From assembly GCA_004022145.1 (NCBI GenBank), contig RCNU01000002.1: a stretch of 64,000 nucleotides of DNA; one strand, written 5' to 3'. Positions 49,329 through 61,777 of the stretch are shown here, one piece after another. The position numbers were made by a program, and so were the translations under genes. Source of the stretch: Paecilomyces variotii (taxonomy: Eukaryota). How positions within the stretch are numbered: position 1 is the stretch's first letter; each line of letters starts with the position of its first letter. Under the pieces are notes generated by a model, which made no database searches, had not been told where the DNA came from, and saw only the letters and a list, made by a program, of their open reading frames with translations.

Positions 49329-51914
49329 CTATCCGTCCGTGTTCGGAGTCGACATGTCCTCGAGATTCAAATCAGCATCCACAGCCATATCTGACACAAT
49401 ATGATGCTGCTGAGGATGCTGCGGACCGCTATGTGCAGTGTCATGCGGCGCAGTGCTCCGATCCCCATCCTGGATATGGCCGAAGAACTGGCCTGCAAAT
49501 TCGGCAACCTCATTCGCGATCTTCCGCTCGAGGATATCCTCCAACATTTCCATGTCCTTCTTCCACTTCTCCTCCTTCCGCGCTCGTTCTTCTTCCGCCC
49601 GACGGCAAGTGCCATCACGCTCCCGTACCTTCAGACAGTTCGGGCAGAGGTAATTCACCTCGCAGTAGGAACATGTGCAGGGTGGGTTCGCCGCGAAGCA
49701 ATCCTGGCACACGTGGATCGAACAGCTGGTGCACTCTCGCAGGACACTCGCGCAACGTTGTCGTTGGTCTCCCACTGCACGGTACTGGGGGCAGAAGAAA
49801 GACTGGCAGCCTTGCCATCTCGGAACGTCCGTGGCGGCTTCGAAATATACAGACGAGGGAGACGACGAACGCGACCGATTAGAATAAGTCGGCGATCCTG
49901 CTCGAGATGGCCGTCGATTTCGAGTACTCTGCTCTGGCTCATCGAGAAAGCCTTGCATGCCGACCGGAGTATCCGCGGGATGATCACCGACTACACTGCT
50001 GGCTGAAGAATCTCGCATTCTAGCCGCACCAGGAGTATCGTGCTGAGATACAAAGACGTTGAGTCCCGGCAGAGAGGGACCAGCCAAACGTGCCTCCAGA
50101 CTCGCTGCTGTCGGGGTAGGCCTGCTTTGGATCGCCATCTTTTCCAGAGCTAGATCCTTGTATCCGCAGATACGCAGACGGAGACCGCGGAGGTCATGCT
50201 CCATGCAAAGTGGTTTTGAACAGCTCTTACAGTGGACTTTCCACTGCGGAGAATCATAGCATTCCTGACACAAGTTGCGCGGACACGCTGATACCTGGCG
50301 GGTAGGCGGGCCTAACAACCAACGCATCATCTCGATATGACCCGTCTCGAGCGAATAGTCCGGGTTCCGGGGGTCACCATACGCATCCTTAGGGAAGGTC
50401 TTGCTCCATTCATTCGTCGAATATTCAGGGTCTTCCCAACCGTGGCCCCGTGGCAAGGGAACAGCTCGGACGAGGTCAACGTCTCGATTGGCAGTTCCAA
50501 TGCTGATTCCACCACCGCCAGAGAAGATGGGTTCAGTACAGCACCAGTGGAACTTGAGGGATGGATACTGGGCAGGGCCCACTGGATTAGCTGTGTTCAT
50601 TATCACGGCATCCGACGGAGGCTCCTGCATGATGCACGGGGAAATAGTTGCACCAGGCGCCCACCAGAACGTCTCTGCAGGAGCATCATTCGATGTCCGT
50701 GGCCTATACCGATGATACGGCCTATCGTAAGCACAGCTTGCACATAGAGTCTTTCGACATCCAACACAGTGCATCAACACGCTGCATTGCTCGCATCTCT
50801 CGGAGATGTCCTCGAAGCACGAATCGCATTTGATATTCTCGACAAACTGCCTGTGGCTGCGTCTGAGATGCACAGGGGCCATCTTCCCTTCGCCACGTGC
50901 CCTTCCATCTCCCGTTCCCAGCGGTTCTCCATAGCATCCAGACTCATCATGTTCCCAGAGTTTGCCGTCTCTCTTCATCGGGTACTCTCCCTTCTCGCTG
51001 ACAGGACCAATCCAGTTCTTGGACCTCCAGAGTCTGTCGAACACCACCCATACCTCCGGTGCACCTTGCGGGACTCTCATCGAGACATATCCGCGTCGTC
51101 GGAAGCATCGGCCAGCGGGCGTCGTACACCACGCCGTATCCGTCCAGATTCCCAATTTGTGGCACAGGTTGACCAGTTCATGGGTAGGCTCTGAATCCGA
51201 GTCCTTACGCAGCAGAGAGGATGATAGATAAGGCCGTCGTCGGTGATGTCGACATCTGTAGGTGTACAGGCTTTTCAGTGCAAGCTGCTTCGTAGACGCA
51301 GAGCTTCCGATATTCTTCGACATGTCAACATCATATTGGAGCCCGAACATAGTCAGATATGGAATGATATGATATTTGAGGGAGACATTCTTGCAGCCGC
51401 GAACAGAGAGATGTTCCAGTGTTTCTCGTCGGGAGTGTAACACGGTCGAGATGAGGATCTGTCCAGACACCGCTGTATTATCCAGTTCCAAGCTCCTCAG
51501 ACATGGGCTCAACGGTATCACCACGGTCATCAGCAGCTGATCAAGCGCATACGGACGGGATTGTCGTGGAGTGCCAGGATCAGGACTGCCTGGGATCAAC
51601 GGGCGAGTCTGCGTCCCCGACGGGAAGAGTAGACGGAACGATAAGTATTTCCATGCTGTGGGGTACGATTTTAGGAAGTTTCGGAGATACCGGGAGGTGT
51701 GGTAGAGTTGAAAGATGGTATCAGTGGGCGATTGGAGGAGCAGAGATTCGAGGATTGGGGCATGAGTCGAGAACACGCGCTCAAACGTTGACAGCGGGCG
51801 CTCGACGGGAACGGCAGCTGGAGTCTTCGCATTCCCTATGATGGACACCGTCTGCGCGGGCGTCTCAGCCATACGAGCAGCCTCATGTCCGGCGAGGTTG
51901 TTTTCCGGAGACAT
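49329..51914 (-). CDS. Hypothetical 861-aa protein: F-box/LRR-like N-terminal part plus several CxxC arrays
   Basis: Single long ORF; LRSLELDNTAV..LEHLSVRGCKNVS (LRR-like); CxxC clusters CDSC/CEQC/CVGC/CASC, CQEC/CKSC, CTSC/CQDC/CSYC/CPNC. Confidence 0.8.
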   Translation of the reverse strand: MSPENNLAGHEAARMAETPAQTVSIIGNAKTPAAVPVERPLSTFERVFSTHAPILESLLLQSPTDTIFQLYHTSRYLRNFLKSYPTAWKYLSFRLLFPSGTQTRPLIPGSPDPGTPRQSRPYALDQLLMTVVIPLSPCLRSLELDNTAVSGQILISTVLHSRRETLEHLSVRGCKNVSLKYHIIPYLTMFGLQYDVDMSKNIGSSASTKQLALKSLYTYRCRHHRRRPYLSSSLLRKDSDSEPTHELVNLCHKLGIWTDTAWCTTPAGRCFRRRGYVSMRVPQGAPEVWVVFDRLWRSKNWIGPVSEKGEYPMKRDGKLWEHDESGCYGEPLGTGDGRARGEGKMAPVHLRRSHRQFVENIKCDSCFEDISERCEQCSVLMHCVGCRKTLCASCAYDRPYHRYRPRTSNDAPAETFWWAPGATISPCIMQEPPSDAVIMNTANPVGPAQYPSLKFHWCCTEPIFSGGGGISIGTANRDVDLVRAVPLPRGHGWEDPEYSTNEWSKTFPKDAYGDPRNPDYSLETGHIEMMRWLLGPPTRQVSACPRNLCQECYDSPQWKVHCKSCSKPLCMEHDLRGLRLRICGYKDLALEKMAIQSRPTPTAASLEARLAGPSLPGLNVFVSQHDTPGAARMRDSSASSVVGDHPADTPVGMQGFLDEPEQSTRNRRPSRAGSPTYSNRSRSSSPSSVYFEAATDVPRWQGCQSFFCPQYRAVGDQRQRCASVLRECTSCSIHVCQDCFAANPPCTCSYCEVNYLCPNCLKVRERDGTCRRAEEERARKEEKWKKDMEMLEDILERKIANEVAEFAGQFFGHIQDGDRSTAPHDTAHSGPQHPQQHHIVSDMAVDADLNLEDMSTPNTDG

Positions 51915-52688
51915 GGAGGGCGTCTCACGTCGAGTGCAGAGTCGATCGGAGGGTTCGAGGGAGAAGCGTAGGGGGGAGCGCAGACATCATATGGCGGGCA
52001 GAGAGGACGCTGTTGTCGGAGGGTGGGCGACAGAACACACATCCAGGACGTCCACCCTATCTCCAATGAATCGAGCAAGGGGACTGACCTGGCGAGTCGG
52101 GATCTGGTGGCATACAATCGAGCCCAACACGTTGAGCTGGCAGAGCGTCAACAGGAAGTTCGAGACGCTGGTGCCGTCATGTGATAGGGCGGAGGCCCGC
52201 CCGAGGTTTCTTTTGTTAATTAGTTAGTTGTTGAGTTAACCAACTTATCAGTCAGTCCCTTGCCAGCCCCCTTGGGGAGAATACGAACAGTGCTGGTGCC
52301 AATAGTCGCTGTCGATCGGTTGGTTATGCTCTGGAGCAGCGATAGTTCGTCTCCTTTCAGTCCGATCGGTAGGCCATTTGGGCCGCGTGACATCATATAG
52401 CATCAATATTGAGGTTATTATACCTTTTTATCTCTTTGCGTGTTATTGGTCTACTCTATCCAACTGCAGTCTGCAGTTGTTTCCTTTATTAAGAACCATC
52501 CTGATTGATTATAGCATTTCAGATGTAACACTCGAGAGAGAGGGGTAAGATGTATTTTCTTTCCAATCCAATGTTGACAGGAGTATGTATGTATCATGCA
52601 GACAAAAAACCAGACAAAAAAGCCTGAATCATGCATCATATAGAGCAGAGTTATCCGACCAAAATGCATAGAACAATAAGACCATCTA

Positions 52689-55195
52689 TCAAGAGTTCAT
52701 CTTCTCTCTTCCTCTCTCCAACGCCCGTTCTCTCAACATCCACACATAAGCCAGCGCTGCAGGGGAGCCACACAGAGCAGAGACAACAATAACAGAAAGG
52801 AGACCCCCGCGCAGTTCAATCCCAGGAGCCTTAATACGTGCAAGATCCCAAACAGTGAAAACACTCCAGAGGAAGATAGTCGACGTAAGTGAATTCGACG
52901 GTGCAAGAAGATGATAAGCGAGAGAAAGTGAAAGTCCCTCCTGTTGAGCAATCCCCGTAATAATGCGTAACAGAGACGCCGAGCTCGTCAGAACAAGTAC
53001 AAGCGCCAGCGTCCCCCAGAGATATTTAATATCAGAATTCCCTTTAAGAGCGGAAATGTCACGTTCACTGGATAATCTGAACAACTTCATCGTCGCGAAG
53101 ACCATCGCAGGGTAGAGCAATTGTGCTGTTCGCCAGGAATAAGTCATGTTACTGAGGAAAGCGCTCGAGTCGGATAAATTCAACTCAGGTGCAATGGTCG
53201 TGATGGCCGGAGTCGCACATGTCAAGATGAGGACTGGCAAGAATGTTCGCGCTGTTGGAACGGACATGGCTCGGGGCGCGGGGAAGTAGAATGATCTCTT
53301 CTGGCTGACTAGCACGTAGAGGGAAATGTATAATATTGAAACGAGGTCATATCCGAAGATATAGGCCATCGCTGACCAGAACGTAGAACTGTGAAGAAAA
53401 GGTCATATGAGCCACAGGAAGAAGCATCTGATGATAGGATGGGAACCACTCACCTCCAGAGAGGGGTCATGGTAGATCCTACTCTATACGACTCAATTGT
53501 CCATATCACTGAGAGGACTAGTGGATATAGACTAGAATATACTTGCGCGTTTTGTTGTAGCGAGTGATTCAAGTCTGGTTTTGGTAAAGATTCACCAAAC
53601 ACAGAACCCAGACGAGAGATCAGAAAGGTAAGCAAAAGGCCCAGCACGAAGAGCAAGGTGTGCGTTCCCGCGCGTTGTTGAGGTCTCATCCGTATCTCGT
53701 CATCAAACCCCCATGAAGTCGGAATTGAGGGTACCGGAAGGGCTGCAAACCGTTGACCGGCACTGAACCGTGAAGCTGTTTCGGAGATCATGAAGCCCGC
53801 CGGTAATTTTGGGATGACCACGAGCTGCAGGAACTTCGGTATGGGACCGTCGAGCATCTGCATCTTTTGCACCTCATGACCCTGAGCAGAAGCACCTCTT
53901 ACTATTTCCTCTCGGGAATTCTGAAACCGTCGAAACATCTCGGTGATGGAATCCTGGCTAGGATCTGGTTCTTTTTGTAGACCTTCCGCAAGTACGTTTG
54001 CCAGCGCAGCTGCACTTTCAATCGCATGGCCGCCACCTGCGCCGATGATGGGATGGATCTTATGAGCAGCATCTCCCACAAGGACCATTCGGGGACCAAA
54101 CCACTGCTTCATCACGCCCTCCTCCAGGGTGATATAGACGGAGCGCTTCTTGCGCTTGTAGAAATCGCCAAACGTCACGCCGTCCACTACGTGATCACTC
54201 AGATACTTCTGGACGAATTCCTGCTCCTCTTCCGCCGAATATCGCTGCCCATAGGGACCTGATGTGACCTCTTTGCTTGGAATGAAGAAGGCCCAGTACG
54301 TCATCCCATTCTGACTGGGAGAGATGAGATATGTGCGTTTTTCATGGACGGAAAGGTAAAATGCGGTCTCCGATATGGTTGGGACATCGAAAGAGCTTCC
54401 GAATATGCAGCTATAAGTGCTTGACATGGCTATTCATTTGGCACAGATTTTAATCATAGACCTTCCCAGAGCATCATATCGAATTTCGTCGGGGAAATTG
54501 CTACTGGGAAGGTAGGTATTAACGAACTTACATTTTGCGTCTTCTTCTCCTAGGAGATCAGATTTATCTTCTCGTGCAATCCTCCACATCTCTTGTCTGA
54601 CTGCGCTGCGTACCCCGTCTGCCCCGACGACAATATCTCCTGTCCATGTGGAGCCATCCTCGGTCGTGACCGTTACTCCGGATTTAGTCGAGGAGATGTT
54701 CTTTACACGTTGGTTCGGATGCACTCTAGACTTATCTTTCAGGTTTTCGTACAAAATCCGAATGACGTCTCTTCGCGCTATAGAAATCAACGGGTATCCT
54801 ATACTGCAGTCAAAACAATCAGCTAAAAGCCACCGAATATCGAAGCAACAGCTCCCGAAAGAATAAAGCAGTAAGTATATATATCAATATAGGCAAACCA
54901 ACGTTTCAACCGAGTCCCTTCCATGATTCTTCCCATTTAATAATACCTCCCCCGTCGGCCCGATAACATATACTTCTTGAACGAAAATAGAGCATTCTTT
55001 CATCGCATCATAGCAGCCTAGTTGGTGGATGATACGGGTTCCGTCAGGTTGCATCGCCAAGACATAACCCATGTCTGGTGCGATGGTGGGATATGCTTCT
55101 AGTAATTCGTACTCGATCCCATGGTGTTCTAGCATGTTGGCGAGTGCCATGCCAGATACACTGCCTCCGACGATGAGGACTTTGAACGGAGCCAT
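52689..55195 (-). CDS. FAD-dependent monooxygenase (PaxM-like) fused to a C-terminal multi-TM domain, 4 exons
   Basis: IVGGSVSGM (Rossmann), GADGVRS, LVGDAAHKIHP. The intron at ~53391-53453 joins in frame to a hydrophobic domain ending GSPAALAYVWMLRERAL. Confidence 0.85.
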
Positions 55196-55916
55196 TTTTT
55201 TGAGGCAATCTCAAAATTCGAGTTTATGTTGACTTGAGCTTGAAATGGCGGAGCTGTGATCGAATGGAGGAATGGACGCTCTATTGTATTTGTACACACG
55301 AAGTAAAAGAAAATCATCTGATACAATATAATTTCCAACGATATTAGATCTCGATTGGAGAACGCGTTAGCAGCCCAAGGTGAGATTCAAAAAAATCCCC
55401 CAGCTAAATTACGTGGCTCGTCAGTATCCCGAGATTAGGCCAGCTAGTTAGCAGCAGCTAGTGAAGCGATGTCTGAAGGACTGTCCAGTCGATGTCACGA
55501 GCTGGTCAAGCCGGCGAATTTTATTTCTATAGTTCGCTGACTTGGGGGCCGAAATTGACGGGCCGGTCTGAGTGTTTGAATTGGCCCCCATTGTCCGTCT
55601 TTTCTTATACGCGCGTTAGAGCGGGCCTCACAGTTATGAGCCAAACTACAAAGGGATGCAGAAATAGCTTAACTTGTGTGAAGAATGCAAATCCAAAAGA
55701 GATCTATGCACTGGGCACTTCTAATGTTGGATTCTGGTTCAGAAGACCATCAGATGGCGTCAATGGTTCAGATTCATAAGTAACATGCGAGATGAGAATG
55801 CCGATCTATATATTTTGAGAGGTATCGCTGATCATAACGCCCTGTGATGCATTCTATAGAAAACGCCCCAAGTACACTTTTCTTTTATCGTAAATGCTGC
55901 CAGATGCAATGGGCCA

Positions 55917-57632
55917 TTAATGCTTCTCTGCCGAATCTCCCACCGTGTATCCTCTCGCAATGCCCTTGCGGCCTTCCACCACGAGGGTGCTGTCTCGCTC
56001 TTCATCCTCGTCATAGCGAATGTCAAAGTCACTTCCCAGACCCTTCCATGTGCGCTGCGAGCGTAGGAATTCTGCGCCCGGGGACAAAGCCCCTCCAATC
56101 ATGGCAACATCACCCTTCGCTCGTCGCGCCAGAGCTCGAGCTGCTGCAGGACTCCTGGCAGTACCGTCCGATGCAAAAGCAGCGGAGTCTTGCATCGGCC
56201 GCGAATACGAAACGTATCTACCGGTGCGGAGGTCGAATTCAGGCGGTGCTGATTCAGGCTCAGACATATCGTCCTCGTTGACCTCATCACCGGTGGTCTC
56301 GTCGTTGCCAACAGTTTCAGGGCCGTTCTGTTGATCTGCAGGCATGTTCTTCCGAGCTTCAGCATCATCCAGAATAGTCTGGTAGTCACTCCGCCATGCG
56401 CCAGTCCAGACACGGTCCATATCGCCCTTGAGCGCCAATTCCAGCTCATATGGCGTGATGACCGGCTTCCAGAAGTCCTTGCTGTCCACGAGCGAGCTCT
56501 CCCAGCAGCCGATCACGACCCATCCTCCAATCTCGCTAAAGTTGGCTACTTTAGCCGCGTTCAGCTTGCCAACGACGAACATGTAGCTCTTCTTGCCAGC
56601 GGCAGCGATCTTTGATTTCACATGGTCCACGATATGAAGGTAGTTCTTCACACTGAGGGTATTAATGAGGATACCCCAGACAGGGACGGTGGTCAAGGAG
56701 GTCAGGATGGCATAGCGGCGCCGCAGGGCAGCTGCCGTAGAAGCAGGCAAAGACTTTACTTCTTCGTCTGGCTTGTCCGTCGGATAGATATGAATTGCTG
56801 CGACGCGGGAAGACAGCGTCAAAAGGAGCGCGGTGGGTGGATCCGAGATGTGGAAGAGCTGCCACTCTTGCAACGAATCCGCATTCTCTGCCACAGACTC
56901 CGGCACTGTCCTATTCGGTATAGCAGACGAGGGCTCGTGCAGAACCTCCGTCGCAAACAAATTGCTGTATCCCTCCTCCACTAGCCTGGTATACACTAAC
57001 GGCACATGATCAGAGTAGGTCACATCCGCAGCAATGATCACCTTGGTATCTTTTTCCGGATACGTTTCCTTAAATGCCTTTACCAAATTATCCAGCGATA
57101 GCGACTTATGCGTAAACACATATATGACCGGTAGTCGCGCCGTCGGGGACAGACAGGACCGCCCGTAATGCACAACCACGTCGGCGTTGACATGTTCCGC
57201 AGCCACCTCGTCCACGCAGCATGTACCGTAGGATGTGTCGGCCAGAATGTACATTTTTGGAGACTCTTCCTCCGCAACATCGATTGTAACCTGCGATATA
57301 TCCTTCTCAAGACTCTGCATCGTCGATACACCGTTCGTCGTCCCGGTCGCATGGTCATTTGCGCTCGCTACATCCTTTCTCTGCAATCCGCGACTCAGCA
57401 ATTGAAATACCCGCGGTGCATCCGGGAGCATATCATCCGGAAACTGCAGAGCAATACGCTTCCATCGCCCTTGGCGGATCTCTTTCAGAGTACGTTCGAT
57501 ATCGTAGGTGATGGCGAGCTCTTCATCCGATAGCGTCTTGCTCGTATCCGGCGCCACTGCGGGCGTGGTGGCTTCGAGGATATGCGTGTCTGGGGTCGAC
57601 AGGATGGGCGCTGCCTTCATTTCCTCGGCCAT
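55917..57632 (-). CDS. DPH2: Diphthamide biosynthesis protein 2
   Basis: RIALQFPDDML, ILADTSYGTCCVDEVAAEH, VHYGRSCLS, VGKLNAAKVANF, PVITPYEL, RTWKGL, EGRKGIARGY. Likely start MAEEMK at 57632. Confidence 0.93.
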   Translation of the reverse strand: MAEEMKAAPILSTPDTHILEATTPAVAPDTSKTLSDEELAITYDIERTLKEIRQGRWKRIALQFPDDMLPDAPRVFQLLSRGLQRKDVASANDHATGTTNGVSTMQSLEKDISQVTIDVAEEESPKMYILADTSYGTCCVDEVAAEHVNADVVVHYGRSCLSPTARLPVIYVFTHKSLSLDNLVKAFKETYPEKDTKVIIAADVTYSDHVPLVYTRLVEEGYSNLFATEVLHEPSSAIPNRTVPESVAENADSLQEWQLFHISDPPTALLLTLSSRVAAIHIYPTDKPDEEVKSLPASTAAALRRRYAILTSLTTVPVWGILINTLSVKNYLHIVDHVKSKIAAAGKKSYMFVVGKLNAAKVANFSEIGGWVVIGCWESSLVDSKDFWKPVITPYELELALKGDMDRVWTGAWRSDYQTILDDAEARKNMPADQQNGPETVGNDETTGDEVNEDDMSEPESAPPEFDLRTGRYVSYSRPMQDSAAFASDGTARSPAAARALARRAKGDVAMIGGALSPGAEFLRSQRTWKGLGSDFDIRYDEDEERDSTLVVEGRKGIARGYTVGDSAEKH

Positions 57633-58115
57633 CTTGAGCGTAGGTCGTGCCCCTGGTGGGCGTTGATTGTTATTGTTATTTCGCTGTTGGTGATGGCTGT
57701 AGTAGCGGGGTAACTTTTCTGGAAATTTTCCAGGCACTGCCTTTTTTTTTTGGCTTCGGATCGTCCGTGTTCGGGTTACCCCGCGGTCAACAGCAGCCAA
57801 TCGGCGGGGCTGCGAATTAATTATTCTGCCATGCATGCTTACTGGTGATTAACATATTTATTGTGGTATAGTTTTGGTTTCAATGGCTACGAGTCTTTAA
57901 TTTCAGCTATAATATTATTCTCGATGAAATATATTTCTAGTTAAGGAACATGTTGAAAAGTGTTGCTGTATCGTAGACAATTATACCAGCTTTGAGTACG
58001 CCATGCAGTTGAGGATAGAGAATGTCATCCTACATTCTCAGCCATCACATGTACAGTGAGAGGTTTAATTTTAATTATCTTATGGTTCCTCCTATATATA
58101 CATCTGCACATTCCA

Positions 58116-59262
58116 TCACAGATCCGCACGAGCAGGCTCACCAGCCCACACACGACGGATCAGTTCGCGGATGGGAGCTCTCTCGATCTCTCTGGGGTTC
58201 CAGTAAGGGTTGCTGACGGCAATATCTGCTGCCTTGTCGATGTCCTCCTCCTTCATTCCATAGTCCTTCAGACCCCTCTTGACCTGCAGCTTCTCCAGCA
58301 GCACGTTCAGGCCGTGGATAGCATCTCCATTGCTCTCGGGAAGCGCCTCTGCGAGCTTCTTCATGGCCTCGGGGATCTTAGGAGCGTTGTAGGAGATGGC
58401 GTGTGGCAGGACTGCAGTGTGCGTCTCGGCGTGTGGGAGATTGAAGCTTCCACCCAGGGTGTGGCAGAGCTTGTGGTGGATAGACATGCCCACGCTGCCC
58501 AGACATGTTCCGCAGAGCCAGGCACCGTACAGAGCCGAGGAACGCGCCTCAGTAGAAGATGGATCCTGCACGATCTGGGGAAGAGACGAGGCGAGAGCTC
58601 TGGTACCCTCGATGGCCATGAGGTTAATGATAGGGTTTGTGTTGCGAGCGTAGAGCGCCTCGACTATTGCAGACTGTCAACTTCTCTTCTCTTCTCATCA
58701 CTCCATCTGCAAGGCATTATGTCCTGTACTTACCTGCGTGCGCAATGGCGTTGACACCGCTAGTGGCACTCATCGATGCTGGCAGCGTCATGGTCAAGTC
58801 GACATCGTAGATGACAGTACCGGGCAAAATCTTGGGGTCACTGCGCGTCTTCTTGATGCCGTCGGCCGTCTCACCCAGAATGGGCGTCATTTCACTGCCC
58901 GCATACGTCGTCGGGATGCAGATATGCGGCAGACCGGTACGGACACTGATAGCCTTTCCCAACCCGATCGTGCTACCACCGCCAATCGAGATGACAGAGT
59001 CAGCTCCCTGTGCCTTGGCGTACTCGAGCGCCTTGTCTGTGATATGGGTGGGAGTGTGCATAGTGGCCTCGGTGAAGACACCTGCGACTTTCCCCTTGAG
59101 GATCTCCTTGAGTTGCTCTGCTTGGTCGACCTGCTGAGGCGTCGAGAGCAGCAGCGGCGCAGAGAGGTTCAGTCGAGCGATCTCATCAGGAAGCTTCTGC
59201 AGCGTGCCCTGGCCGAAGACAACGCGGCCTGGGTTGGGGTTATACTCGAAGGATCCCACCAT
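58116..59262 (-). CDS. Maleylacetate reductase (iron-containing alcohol dehydrogenase family), 2 exons
   Basis: ATMHTP, GGGSTIGLGKA, PTTYAGSEMT, SGVNAIAHAVEALYA, HHKLCHTLGGSFNLPHAETH. ATG at 59262. Confidence 0.92.
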
Positions 59263-60366
59263 CTTGAACGGGTGTGGTCGTGTAGTCGCAGAGGAAAAGA
59301 ATCGGTATCGAGAAGCTGCAGTTCTCTTAGACCCAGATCTATTAGCAGCAATCGTAGAAGCAAGATTGGAACGAGACAACGACAATGTCAAGCAGTTCGT
59401 ATGCGGAGATAAATATCCACTCGTGGTATTATTATTAGCTCCAGTCCGAGTGATCCAGTACCCCCCAGCAGGAGCAGTTCCCCTCAGACACAGAGTCAGC
59501 ACCCTCATTCTTCTTAAGTTATTAGCGAAGGCGCCTGTAGAACAACCGTTCTCTTTCTCCCCTCCATACTTAGACCCCACCACTCCTTTTTTTCTTCTTT
59601 TTTAAACGTCATTGGGACAATAATATGAAACTTGTGGTCGAGCACGGCGAGGGCAAAACACTTTGCCGTCGATCGTCCCTCTTGCGGGGCAGTTTAAGCA
59701 CCCCGCGACAGTTCCCACACGCAGTATAAATACTCGGGAAGTGTACGATTTTGTCAGATTTCTATACGTTCTTCTATGATAATTGTGTCATTGTATTTGA
59801 TATAAAGCTCTTAAGATACCGTCTTTCCTCAATTATTTCTATGCTCCATGAGAAGAAGCATCATGAAACAATACTGCTCGTGTATATTTGCGCGTTTGAC
59901 CGGCAAAGATGAAGAACTGCATTACCGGAATGCCCCACCATGATCGACTTGGAAGATCTGACTAAGTATTACGGATCTGTCATGCTAAGCTCCAGTAAGT
60001 AGTGGAAGCTTAGAATATAGATATTCGTCTATCTATGCAAATGCAAAATAACTGTCCTGGCTCCAGTAGATGCCTCTTCAAGTCCTCCCGATTGATGAAT
60101 ACTTCGCTGCGCTGAAGGATACAATTATTATCCCTTGGACAATGGCGTAGTCTCCCCTAAGAGGCATTTCATTAATCTACGGGGTGAGAATATCGATACA
60201 GTTGCCATGCAGCTGTACCACAGCAGAATGGTAGCATATGTAGAGTTTTGGTGGGACGCTGTCCATTTCCCTCTCAAAAATATATATCTGAAGACCAGAA
60301 TAAAATCAACACCGATGCTATGCTAGTCAAAGGCACTTTTTTGTCCCCGTCGGGAAAGGAGCGCAA

Positions 60367-61777
60367 CTAGTCAAGGTCCTTGAAGGCCATAACATGGTGA
60401 CCTCCAGAACGGTCTTTTCCCTTGCCCCTCTTCCGCTTCTTGCGTCTTCTCCCGCCCTCCTGTTCCTCGTCACTGTCTTCCATGAACATCCTAGCCTTGG
60501 CACCGTCGCTGTCCTCATCGCTGTCACTGTCCATCATCTGCTTCGCCATGGCGCTTTCCTCACTGATCTCCGCTTCGTGCCAGACCTTGACGACCTGGCC
60601 ACCGCCACTGACCATGCGGCCCTCAACATCGAAGCCCAGACCGACAACGCCCTCAACTTCGTCGTGCATCACCTTCGAGACGACCTTGTTCGCACCGATA
60701 GTGACGAACTCCACACGTCCGTCACCCAGGCCGACAGCGATCATCTTTCCCTTGCCCAGCTCTTCTGGAACCAGAGTGAGAGTCTCGAGGGACTCTCCAC
60801 CTGCAGTGCCGCGGTCAACGATGATTCTCTCATCTTGATCGTCCCACGCGCCCTTCTCCCAGAGCGTCAATACACCACTGGCACCGCCCACAATGACCTT
60901 CTCTCCACGGCTGGAACCGGTGGAAGCGAGACCACCGATGTAAACGGAGCTGATCAATTCTTCCTCTTGGTCCTCACTGCGAACCATGACACCACGGCGG
61001 AGATCCGTGACGGCAAGAGTCGTACCACCCGTAGTCACCCATTGTTTGCTAAACCCAGAAGTACTAGTTTCTGACGGAGGCAGTGGAGTGAGAGAGGAGA
61101 CGTAGTCATCGTGAGGGTGATGTGTCTGCTCCGGCTTTGCAGAGACGGCCGAGTAGGGAATTCGGAGATCATAGAGGTGAAGAGCGCTGGAATCTGTAGC
61201 AAGGATAAGGGTTTGTGGAGAAAGCGCATGGATAACCGTAGGTGCATCCACTTGCGATCCAGTTCTATAGAGCAGGTTAGCTGCTGGAAAGAAAAAAAAT
61301 ATAGACACATCATGCGTAGCTCTGTGGAGTCCCATTAAAAGGTAACAAATACAGACAGACTCTCTTTCAGTGCATTCGAACCTGCTAAAAGCCATTGGCC
61401 ACCTACCTATCGTTCACAGGGGGGATAATGATCTTATTCTCCACGACTCCCGTCTCCGTCTTCGCAGCTTTGACAATCCCGTCCGTGCCCGCAGAATATA
61501 ATGTCTCGCCGTCAATTCCATATGCTAGAGTTCGACAGCTTCCCTTGTGCCGTCTTGTCCGCCACATCGTGTCTATATGGCCGGTGCCATTGGACGACGT
61601 TGCGCTGGGTGCGCCTTCATCGTCACTGTCATCGCCATTGGATTGTTCCGTAGACGGTAGACGGAAGGTCTGCACATGGCCCGAGGACAGCCCAACAGAG
61701 ACCACCGACTGAGTTGGATGGATGGCCTGGGCGAACAGGTCGTGGCTGAGAGGAAGGGTGCAGACCGTGTCGAACAT
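60367..61777 (-). CDS. JIP5: WD40 repeat protein JIP5 (ribosome biogenesis), 2 exons
   Basis: [44 protein letters not shown], acidic/basic tail ending FKDLD. Confidence 0.88.

Noticed and set aside
57633-57836. N-terminal extension of the DPH2 ORF in the track
   Set aside because: Low-complexity, promoter/UTR-like sequence; the GATGGCC start at 57632 better matches the protein's expected N-terminus.
59263-59583. N-terminal extension of the maleylacetate reductase ORF
   Set aside because: Begins at a non-ATG codon; family similarity starts at the ATG at 59262.
58056-61074. Plus-strand ORFs of 224-232 aa opposite maleylacetate reductase and JIP5
   Set aside because: Antisense frames kept open by high GC3; no independent evidence.
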